NCBI GenBank assembly: GCA_028534125.1
Contig: CM052816.1
Location: 60,328,001-60,392,000, forward strand
Length of the DNA stretch: 64,000 bases
Direction of reading: 5' to 3'
From: Lama glama
Lineage: Eukaryota
Shown: one piece after another, positions 38,361-49,330 of the stretch
Numbering within the stretch: the stretch's first letter is position 1
How the letters are laid out: the number at the start of each line of letters is the position of its first letter
Notes under the pieces: generated by a model
Told to the model about the DNA's origin: nothing
Databases searched by the model: none
The model's input: the letters and a program-made list of their open reading frames with translations, nothing else
Made by a program: the position numbers and the translations under genes

Positions 38361-41300
38361 CAAGCCACTGCACATGCAAATATTTAAGTCAATCATTTTA
38401 GCCTCCCACTCAACTCAGTAAGCCAAATAGCAAACTTAGCACGAAAAAGTGAACACATAACAAAAAACTGAGAATCATCATAACAAAAACTAAGACCCCT
38501 GAAAGGCTCCCAGTGCCTGGCGATGTAGGCACCTACACCCGTGAGAATGAAGGCTCTGAACTGATATGATAAACTTACCTGACCTTACAAGACCTCATCC
38601 CCTAGGCTCAGTAACTTCATAACAGCTAAGTTTATCATATCAGTTCAGAAAATAATAAACTCTAGGGAAAAAACCCAAAAGAAAGTACCTGAACACTTTC
38701 TGTAGTAAGTTTACTATGCATCTTTCCCCATCACTGCACGTGAGTCTACCCCCGTCCACCATCCCCCACAGACACATCACCTCATTCTCCCTTCTCTGGA
38801 TTCTTACAAGCAACAGAAGCCTCCAGAGGGTGGCACTGGCAGAAACCACGGGAAGGCCAAGAGAAGCGCTAACTGGTCAGTCCACACCTTCCCTGCCACC
38901 CCTCCAGAGGCACCTGAGACTGCCAACCTTCCCATCTCTGCCCAGCCCACAGCCACAGGACCAACAAAGCGTCCATAACTGTGCCCATCCCTGCTTTGGA
39001 GAACCACTCCACGGAGCACGTGCACTAAACAGCTCTGGTTCTACACAACGATTCAGAAATAAAACTCGGGGATGCATAAGGCAGTTCATTAAACCATCCC
39101 ATTCCCCAAAGCACTGAAACTGGTGTCTTCAGAGTATGAATAAATTGCCATCTGGTACTAGCTTCTTCAGATTCTTCTCAATAGCTTCCACCAAGTGAAG
39201 GGGGGAAAACAGAGAAAATGAAAAAGATAAGTGGTCCTGCTCATCCTACAAAGTAAATGAAATTAGATGGGCTTACCAGTCGGGTGATTTTCCCCACACT
39301 TACAGGTGTCCCAGGAAAAGCAGACACAAAATCACAACACACCGCCATGTATTTAGTAAACACTGATCACGTCTGCCCCTCACCATGGCAACAAGCAAAG
39401 TGAGGGGATTCAGGAAGCTGTGGGTACCCAGTAACCTTTCCAGCAGGAACAGGACAAATGGGCCCACTCTTGGCAAAACTGGACAAGGTGACCATTGTCT
39501 CCAGTGTCCTCCTCTGCTGAAGTATCATCTGCCTGTCTGTCCTTCCTACTACCCTGAGGACCACCACAGGTCCCATTCTTGCTAACAGAAATTTATCTCA
39601 TTCATTACCTGTAAGCTATTACTCTTATTCTTAGGCTGTGTGTGAGGTAGGTGAAGACCATGAAGGTCTGTGAAGTTCATGACTTGCCCCAGGTCACAAA
39701 GCTTGTATGCAGTGGGGGCAGTGGCCAAGACTCAGGCACCATGTTCCTAGTCTATCGGGGTCCCAAATTCAGTTCCTCCAGGGCCTGTCAGGTAATGTGA
39801 GTGAAGGCAGCCAGCCAGGTGGGGTCTGTGGTGCACTGGAGAACAGGAGTCCCGTAGGAAAAGGGCAGTAGGGACCCAGCTCTAGGCTAGATTACAATCA
39901 CATCAGGGAACACAGACTCACCGAAGGGCTTTGGTTTTTCAAAAGCAGCTCCCCAAAGTCCCCAGTAGCTTCAAAGCCCATTCAATGACAACAATTAACT
40001 GCTCTCATGATGTATCTGCTATACACCAAGCGCTGTTACAGGTGCCAGGGAGATGGCAGTGGCAGAACAGACAGGCTTCCACCCCATGGTGCTTACAGTC
40101 TAACTTCCTTTCCTTTAAACAGCTTATCCTCTTCCCTGTGTCATTGGCCATGACTTCTACATCACCTTCTCCGCCCCTCACCATGGCCAGGCACAGTCTC
40201 AAACATGCTCTGAGGTTTACCTTTCTTTAACAATGTGGTTCAACTCTATCCTTGAACCTCACTTTATTTATAATTAATGCCTGGTCAGTTTTTATGTCTC
40301 GAAGGTTCTAATTTAATATTTACGGAGGAATCAAAATGCATCGTCCTCCCTCTTAAAGTGTCAGCACGGTTCTCGGAGCACACAGACCGTGGACGAGCGT
40401 GGCACTGCTGCGAGCACAGGCAAAGGCCCCTCAACAGGCTTGAGTACCAGGGAACGGCACTCAGTCCATTAGGACGCAGTTATGGAGCCTCCACTACGCG
40501 TGCCAGGCACTGTCTGGGGCTCTGTGGTTATGTCTGCAGAAAGTAATAGACAGAAACAAGTGTCCTTGAGGAATGTGTGGCACAATGGCAGTGTTCCTCT
40601 CTGAAACTGGTACTCAAGCCCACCAGCAATGTGGCATGTGTGATTTCAGTCACAGCCAAAATGGGGGGGGGGGGGGTTGTGAGAGAGAAGAAAGAAATGG
40701 AACAGCCAGTCCACTGATATCTCTCATGTAGCTGACTGCGTGTCCACCACCTTGAGACTCCAGGAACCGAATGGGAAGGTGAATTCAAGGACTGGAAGAA
40801 GTAAACCAGGGGTGCAGGGAGTGCTCTGATGGTTGCCGTCCTCTCAGAAGTGGGGGCATGAAATGAAAATGCAAAAGAGCATCACTGTATCAACAGAAAC
40901 ATGGTCCCTGGGGAATGGCACCTAGCCTCCAGCTACTTACTGGTCCCTACTGAGGGCCAGGCATGCTCGGTGACAAGAAAGATCCTGAGAATGTAAAACG
41001 AGGGAATCTCCTTTGGAATTCTGCTATCTAATAATCACAGGCCAGAGTATGAGCTGGCCTGGGTCATATCCACGTTTCTCATGAGGCACTGATGTCATCA
41101 TTATATGAACAGCCACTAACGTGGAGTCAGTTTAATAAGTACTGGGGATTGTGGAAATTCTGAGTGGCTATGGTTGCCTCCAAATGGGGAAGTGGAAGGC
41201 ATATATCAATTCTACTCAAGGTTTTCAAAGTATTTTTCTATCACAGTGGGGTTGATAAACTGGTGTTTGGCACATTTTTTTTTTTAAGCTCTTGGATAAA

Positions 41301-42229
41301 TTTTGTATTTTGCCTTTCTCTCTCCAGCCTATTGTGAGACAAGAGAATCAGAATTTGGGGATGGAGAAACCTTCAGGAATAACGTGGTCTAATTATCTGT
41401 TCCACATCTTTCCAGGTACATGGGAACTTGGCTTTCCTGAGAGATTTCCAGTGGTGTGAAACCAATGGCTTGATGAGGTGGCCCATTCTACAAGCAGAAG
41501 GCTTTCTTAGAAAATTCTTCCCCTCATACTGAGCCAAAACATGCCTTGCTGTGGCCTCCCTGCAGCACTGCAAGGTCTCATTCCTGAGACATACCCAACT
41601 GCATTTGTGTTTCTTTTAGCAGCTGAACTTCCCCAGAAGCTACGGATCTCTCACTTCAGGTCAGCCTTCAAGAAGTACTAACTCCCATCTCAGCACAGCC
41701 TGCCCCCAGGGCTTCCCTAGGAAAGGAACAGAATCTTCCACCACCATATTGAGAAACTGTGTGTCAGCACCTCAAAAGGTCACAGGCACCTGTTAATGCT
41801 CACCACCATCACTCTCCCCTGACCTTCAAACACCACTCATAAAAAAGGAACAAAGAAGAAATCTGATCCATCACAATCAATAGAAGAGAAAAACAAACAA
41901 ACAAAAAAACTCTCTGCAGAGATGCAATAAATGCTTTTTTTGTATGGTAATAGCATGAACCTACTTGGAATCTCTACAGTTCACAGTGGGACCATCATCT
42001 GGGGGCACATTATTAGAGACACCCAATTCCAAGCTGCCAACTAGATCTCTCCACCTAAATCTCAGTGTGTTCAAGACCAAACTCATCCTCATTATAATTT
42101 CCCTCCCCCTCCAATTCTGCTCTCTTGGGTTCTGTTCAATTAACACTAGACATCTCAGTGTCCATCATCCATTCAAAACTATCTACTGGACACCTACTAC
42201 GGGCACCTTTCTCTCATCAACTTTTGTGA

Positions 42230-42595
42230 CAAAGATTGCTATTACCAAACTCATTTCCTCTGCTTCCTGGACACAAGGAAGCTGTACTCTCCAGCCTTCC
42301 TTGTCCTTGGGTGTAGTTGGAATACTGAATTTTAGGCAATGGGACATGAGTGGAAGTGATGCATCTGCCAGGGCACCCTCTCCCATGCTCTTTCTCTCTT
42401 CCACCAGCTGGAATGATGTCCCGGGACAACCTTACAGGCTATGCATTGAAGATCCCCCTGGGTCTCTAAATGACTGTGTGGAGTGGATCCTTTCCACACT
42501 GTCGGTCTGTGAGTGAGTGAGAAATACAGTTCCATCATATCTGAGCCAACATATACTTGTTTGGTGGCTGATTTGTGATCAGCACTGTAACCAGT
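42230..42595 (+). mobile_element. Old MaLR LTR (MLT1I/J-like)
   Basis: CCAGCCTTCCTTG...GGCAATGGGACATGAGTGGAAGTGATG...CCTGGGTCTCTAAATGACTGTGTGGAG...GTGAGAAATA. Confidence 0.55.
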
Positions 42596-44919
42596 ACATC
42601 TTCCATTTCCAATTCATTCATTCCTCCATTCTTTCATGAACATTTCTCAAACACTGACTATACTCCAGGCATTGGAGAGGCACTGGGGAAATAAAAATGA
42701 CTAAAGGAGGTCACAGGTCTACCTAAACCAGACAATTAAAATCCAGTATAAATGATCTCATGGCGATGTGTATGTCTTAAGTTAGTCACAGTGGAAAGAT
42801 CTGAGACTTCATTTTGAATCCCATGCTGGTTTAGCTGCTTAAATACCTAAGTGTGTTAGCATCTTCATCCATAAACAGAAGCAATATTCCTTCCTGCCTA
42901 GTGTCAGGTGGATTAAATTGAATGAAACAGTGTATACAAAAGCATTCTGTCAACTATAAAGTACTTTGCAAATGTTAATTTAATTCACTGCAATTGTCCT
43001 AATCCAGGACCTGTTATTCGTGAAATATTGCACCAGCATCTTCATTAGAGTTTCTACCTAAAATTCTACCTATTCTTAATGAACAGATTAGTGAAGGTAA
43101 CTTTTCTCAGTCTGAGCTTGGATTGGTCATTTCCTTATGCAAAAAAAGTCTTCCAATACTCTACAATGCTTACAAAATGAAAGTCAAACATCTTAGCTCA
43201 GTATTCAAGGCCCTACATAGCACAGTCCCAAATTAATTGTTTTGTTTTGTTTTGTTTTCCAAATTAATTTTTAAGTCCGTATCAATCTCTGTGCAAGTCC
43301 AAGCTTTTCTTCTACTTCGCCCACACGATGTTCTAGCTAACACACCATTTCTACAATGTGCCACACTTTTTCACCTCCTTGCCTTGGTTTTTCCTTGTCT
43401 GGTTTTGTCCTTCACCACCATCTCTCCCCATTGAAACCTCCAAAATCTTCAAGGTCCAGCTCAAATATCACCAGCTCCCTAAAAATCTCTCTCCAAAAGA
43501 ACTTTTCAGAACCTCACCCGCCTCTGAACTACCACACAGCACTTGGTCTGAGTATTCTCCTCCACTATTGATAGATAGCACCTTCATTTTGAATAGCCTA
43601 TTGTCTTTAGGAAGGAAAGAGAAAAAGAAATGTGAGCATTCAACAAAGGCACGTTACACTGAAGTAGAAAGTTCAGAAGGCATTCCAATTACCTGTGGCT
43701 GAATCACCAAAAATAGACAAATTACAAGAGCAATGGAATTCTCTCGATTGTCAGAAAACTATTTCTGTGCTTTAGGATCTATTATATTCAGGGGATGCCT
43801 TATAAAAGCTGTTACATGGAACTTCCATGTTGAAAGTCACTTTTACAAGAAAAAGTATAATCCTATCAGCAGAAGAGTAGAACCACAGTTCAAAGTCACT
43901 AATTCATTTTCCCAGTCAATTCTTCTTTGCAGATTTTAGTTCAGTCTTATTTTAGAAAAATGAGAGAAACACATTTGTTAAATTGTCCCACTGATATCAC
44001 GTAAGCAGTAAGCTTCTATGTTAGTGTTTTTATGGAACTAGCCGTGAGTGGCAACTTTTTCATTCATTTGCATATATAAAGTTAAAAGTATTCATTGATA
44101 AAAATAATTTAAGTCACTCTTTCTGTCAGCTGAGAGTTTGCTTCATTTTCTCCCTTAGGATTAACAAAGGGCGGGGAGAAGCTGGGGACTCTCTCCATAC
44201 CAACGCCTCCACTCTAGATACTGAATTCACGCAAATCTTAATAGAACAGACGTACCACACGTACAATGCTAACAGTATTTCCTATCATCTATTCTTGTAA
44301 CAAACTGGGCTGAAATGCAATTCGAGTTCCTTGAAGATATTTCTCTATAGAATAGAGAAGAATGAACTTCTATCAGCCTGTGAGTGAGAGGATAGGGTAT
44401 GTAACTGGGAATTCTAAAAAAAGATTCAAAAGTAGTACTCCTTTTAGACAACTTAAGTACTTTGTCCTGTAAATAACAGAATAGGAAATAACTTGTGGCC
44501 ACAGATATGCTACTCTAACATAAATTAGAAAATGCTTTCCAGAAACTGAAAGAAACTGTATCATAAGCGATTGATCAAAACACGTGGAATTCAGTGCAGA
44601 CCATTTCCTAAGGAAAGCCATATGAAAAACAGTAAAATACACACAGGAGTCCAGCAAACAACTAATCACTGGCCACCAGGTGAACTCTGAGTAAGACACG
44701 CTCTATGGCATAAGCACAGTACATTTTCTCAGCCTGATCAAGCACAACCAGCTTCCTCGCTGCATATGTTAATGCTGAGACAACAGTTAAGGAAAAACTG
44801 TTCACTGCATAGTGCAGTCCAAAGCGTTCACATAGTCGTGGTAGGATCTGGGGGAAGGGAAGGGAAGGGAAGCAAAGGGAAGGCAAAGCAGCCCTGGGCA
44901 GGCACTGGAGCGCGCTTAC

Positions 44920-45000
44920 CTCCAGAAGTGAAAAGCGAAGAGAGGACTACAGGGACTGCCTGGGCTGGATGGGGTTGGACTCAGGCTCCTTGGAGTGAGA
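44920..45000 (-). CDS. MAST4: MAST4 81-nt symmetric phase 2-2 exon (LTPRSLSPTPSSPGSPCSPLFAFHFW)
   Basis: ATTTTAACTTTCAG|TCTCACTCCA...CACTTCTGGAG|GTAAGC, 81 nt with an open frame. It resembles the recalled MAST3 segment LSPSSQSPSLLGPSSPCSPCSPSLGLHPWS that follows the equivalent first exon. Confidence 0.9.
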
Positions 45001-46445
45001 CTGAAAGTTAAAATAATGTCATTCCAAGTGGGAGAAATGATGGCAGTATAAACACTACAGCTCATTGAAGGGACTCTGTTCCCTCTAGGCCAGAACCATC
45101 ACGGCACGCATATCAGGACCACTAGGTAATCATCTAATCACGTGCCCCTTTTTGGCTCTCAAACGGAGAACAAGCACAATGCTTCCTGCTGAAATTTACA
45201 TTCTCAAAACCACTGCTGCCATTTTTATTTGTGCCTTTCCTTTGTCACAAAACAACTTGGCAGATATATGTTCGACAAGCGATGTTTGCAAAGAAAATCC
45301 ACTGTTGTTTTTAACATTGAGTATGTTCTATTTCTGATTCAGAAGCAATGGTAAATCTATAGAAGAGCTATCGGACCACAGAAATGAAAATTGAAGTTAA
45401 ATACTGCAGTTTTTTAAAAGCAAAGCCAACAAACATTTCCATAAAGGAAGATGCATTTTTAAGCACTTTGCAGTGAAAAGTAGCCAACATGTTCTCTAAT
45501 TCTCAGGGGGCAATGGTAAAAAGTGTTCTTATGTTGATACTTGTAATAAGTAACTACAAAATTTCTCACATATGTCTATAAAGTATTTTCCTCTCCAAAG
45601 AGGTTTTTTCAAATTCATCTGTAATGGGCCATTATAATTTCTATTCTCACCAACCCATCCAAACCACCAAGCGTATTCACCAGCCAACTCTCAAATATTC
45701 AGCATGGGGTGATCTTACAGTCTCTTTAACTCCTTTACTTTTGGCTTCATGGCTCTTCTCTTTTAGGGAGGAAGTGAAACTTAAATTTATCAGATATCTT
45801 ATAACAATTTTGCCAATAGATCTAATCTATCAAAGTATGAAGTTAATACTAGTCAATTCCCAATTATTTTCACCTGGCAAAATCAAAATAAGAATTAGCT
45901 AGGTATTCTGGTACCAATTCTTAGGTTGAATTGAGTGCTGGAAACTCCTGCTACATTTTATTGAGTTTTTAAAAGAACATTCTTCTGCCTCTCCTTTGGA
46001 CCATGACTCTACATTGTACCACATTTTCCTACCCAAGAGAAAGGCGTCATGGAACTGAGTTACATTTTGGCTAATTCAAGCTGGTTGTGCCCTTCACTGT
46101 ACAGAGAAGTGGCAACAGTAACTAAAATCAGATTTGAGCATCTTAATGCCATCCTTTTTCCCCATTAGGTGGGTAATTGAGACTTGGCTCTATTTGTTTT
46201 AAACCAGAATGTTACTGTTCAAAATGTTCCAATTGACTTAACAGAGTAACATTTTATATCTTCTAAAACCATTCTCTGGTTTGGTGCCAGTACTTGGTAA
46301 ACGGAGGGATTGTTTTCCTTATACATTCAGAGCACAGTCAAAAGCTGCGCTTTTAAACATACTGGAGTCTAACTTAGCAGCTCATTGGAAAGCTCTCATG
46401 AATGTCCACAGATACAGCCATCATTTAATCTAAGTACAGTCTTAC

Positions 46446-46460
46446 CTGTTCCTTCTGGTC
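46446..46460 (-). CDS. MAST4: Candidate 15-nt MAST4 microexon ((E)TRRN(S))
   Basis: TCTTTGCATGCCTGTTTTAG|GACCAGAAGGAACAG|GTAAGA has a canonical acceptor and a strong donor. It is frame-preserving, stop-free in phase 2, and lies between the MKAQ exon and the 81-nt exon. Confidence 0.6.
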
Positions 46461-48922
46461 CTAAAACAGGCATGCAAAGACACTGAAGCAACTCCACGCC
46501 TCCAAGCTGAGACATGTTAACATGTGTGCTATGAAGTGCCTATGAACCTAATTCTATATTAAACTGAAAAAAGGAGGAAAAAAATCCAATTTCTCAGAAA
46601 TCAGAAAGCCAGCATCGGCCATTTATATGTCAGAAATTTTTGGATAAATTAATGATCCATTCATTTCTAAAATACTTATATATTTAGTGTCTCACACATC
46701 CAGGATTTCAATTTCTGAAACAGGAATCAGAAACTGCCTCATGTTATTGATAAATCAGATGGAAAATTCTGAATTGCATCTACAGAGTATAAAACACGCT
46801 AGTGTAATAGTCCATGCTGCAGTACCTACGAAATTAACTCTCCTGAAAGAAAAACAGCAATGCCTCATGAGAGAACATTCAAGAGCTGTTCTGAGTAGTT
46901 GGTCTGTTACAAGGTTCCCCAAATAAATAAAATTACATATATTAAAACTGCTCTTAATAAAATCAATGATAAGACTTTCTATTTTAACAGTTCTCTGCAG
47001 TGGTAAGAAACTGAATTTACTCAGACTGCAGAATTAGCTTTCTCAAATGAATGTAAAATTAATTACCTACCTAAGAGTAGTTTTATTTTTCAAGGTAAAC
47101 AAAACATTCAAAGTGAATTTCATGCTAACACTACAATGACATTGAAGGGTGGTCCTCTATTCTACTGTCTCAGACTCCCCAGGTAGAGGAGTGAGCTGTT
47201 TTTAGATGCACAGTAACATTTAACAGGGTAGAGGTCAGATCGAGGGGGTGTGGTCTGAGACCAAAACAAAATCCTGGGGAACCCCCTGTGCTGGGCTGAC
47301 TCGTATGTCCTACATCATCGCTGGCAAAGTCACAAAATTTGTGGCATACCCCAGTCTCTGGAATTATACAGGGAACAATGGATACAACTGAGTCTGTATT
47401 TTAAAAAGTAACTTTGATGTATCTCCTGTTAATGTGGTCGAGATACCAAAAAAGAAAGAAAGCAGAGGTGTGATGTGAAATGATAAACGCCAAGTCCAAA
47501 GACAACAACCAGGGAGCAGCACAACCAGAAGCAGTGGCGAAAGCGACGCGGGGGTTAAAGCTGTCGTTCCTGGGCCTGGAACACAGCCACGGGCATCTGA
47601 GCTGCGCGTTTCCAGGATGTTAGAGGGAGGACAGCTAAGTAGAAAGATGAGTGCATGCCACCCAAATATTTCACACAGATGAGGAGGGCTGAACGTCAGG
47701 GTGGAGAGGGGGCAACACAGAAGGCAGTGGGTATGCACTCTTTGTATCTCTATTATATGAAAAGCCACATCTAGCAAGAAGGTGGTAGGAGCCCTCCAAC
47801 TTTTTGCAGCTGAGCACCTGTTAGTAAAAATTCACTGTATAATTTTAGAGCAGGAACTGATTAGGAAAGTACTCAAATTACTTCACAAATGTTGTACTTT
47901 TTTTTTCTTCTTTCATCTATTAATTGAGAAAACAGTTTCCCTTGTATATGACGCATCTACAGGATTCAAAAGGAAGAGTTACTGCTTGGAACCAGGCACA
48001 GGTCTCACCTGCAGTCTCTTCCTGGAAGGAGTCCAGTATAAGATGACTGGGATTGCCCAGATTTCAACAAAAATGTAATTTTCTATCTGTATTGCAAGTT
48101 AGAAAGCAGACTTCTCTTTTTCTACCAGATTTCTGTTTCACTGTTTATCATTTTAAGTGTGCCAGCACAGACTAACTCAGAGCTTCTGCATCTCTGACTA
48201 CCAGATTTAAAATAAAAATTTGCTGACACTTCCTGCATCACAGATGTTCAACTTCTGCGCCACAAATTAGATGTGGGCATTTGACGTGGCTCCATCAAAT
48301 CCCAGGGCAGTCAGATACTTTAATGGGTTAAAAAGAGAGAAAGACAGAAACACAGCAAAGCAAACACAGAGCTCAACTAGGTAAACACACTGCATGCGGT
48401 AGTTGGAGACTCTGCAGAGAGGATGCAAAATGTACCACATTTCATTAATATTCTGTTGCACAGATAAAACATGGACCACATCTAATGAGTGTCACAGATA
48501 ACCCTTCTCTTGCACTCTTCTCCACTGTAATGTCTTCTGTTGTTCAATGCAGACAGAGGCCCTTCTTTAGAAAAAGACAGCATAGGGATAAACAAACAGT
48601 AAGAGAGAGGGAGGAAAAGAGAAACACAGCACGGCCTGCTGATACATTCTTTCACAATGAGCTGTTAAGCTGTTTCCAGCACTGAGGTTTAGGAACTTTA
48701 AATATGCAGCAGCGCTTTTCCTCTGACTGCAATGCAAAAAGGCTGGGTCTGGGTTTCCACATTAGCCGAAACCAAATGCCATACATTTAAGGCAGGTTCC
48801 TTCCACCTCACACTGCAGTGCTCTGAGGCTGTCAGTACAAACAAATGCTAAATAGCTATTGGTCGCAGGGACGCGCGTGCCATGCAGAAAGCATTAAAAT
48901 ATTAAAGAGAGACAATACTTAC

Positions 48923-48969
48923 TCCAAGGTCAGCCCCGGAATCTGCAGCCTTTCCCGCTGGGCTTTCAT
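48923..48969 (-). CDS. MAST4: MAST4 alternative first coding exon (MKAQRERLQIPGLTL + GA, phase 2)
   Basis: Minus strand reads ACAACC-ATG-AAAGCCCAGCGG...ACCTTGGA|GTAAGT. Kozak is good (A at -3), length is 47 nt (15 codons + 2) and the donor is canonical. The peptide matches the recalled MAST4 isoform N-terminus MKAQRERLQIPGLTLD; the paralogous MAST3 start is recalled as MKSRRDKLHIPALTLD. Confidence 0.92.
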
Positions 48970-49330
48970 GGTTGTTATATGTCACCACACTCTATTGTAA
49001 CCATGACACATAGTCCCTGCCAGCGTCCCGGCGATGACACAGAGCCGAAAAGGAACCTCTATAAAGGGCTGGACTAACAACCTCTCGAGGGGGAGGGGGA
49101 TCCTGCAAGTTTGGGTCCTTCCACCTCTCGCCGGAACCCGGAGATGCCAGCCGCACTCCTCAGGTTAACGGCAGTGCACACTGCACTGATTTCGTTAAGG
49201 GAATGAGGCTTTCGGCTCTGCATATCAAGTAATTGGGTTTCTGATTTTTTTTTTTTAAAGAAAGTCGCTCCACTCACAGACCCAGTTTTCACCTCAGTGA
49301 AATGAAAAGTCCTTTTCACCACGCAGACTG
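48970..49330 (-). promoter_or_regulatory. 5'UTR / promoter region of the MKAQ isoform
   Basis: Repeat-free, locally CpG-enriched sequence immediately 5' of the MKAQ start codon. Confidence 0.55.

Noticed and set aside
38575..38610. Strong minus-strand donor CAG|GTAAGT
   Set aside because: It appears to lie in a degenerate MIR-like remnant with no good acceptor and gives a non-triplet exon length.
41965..42516. 183-aa ORF; likewise 5615-6178, 17292-17792, 26445-26987 and 52775-53263
   Set aside because: Most overlap decayed L2/MaLR/MER repeats. None has recognisable homology or coherent exon signals.
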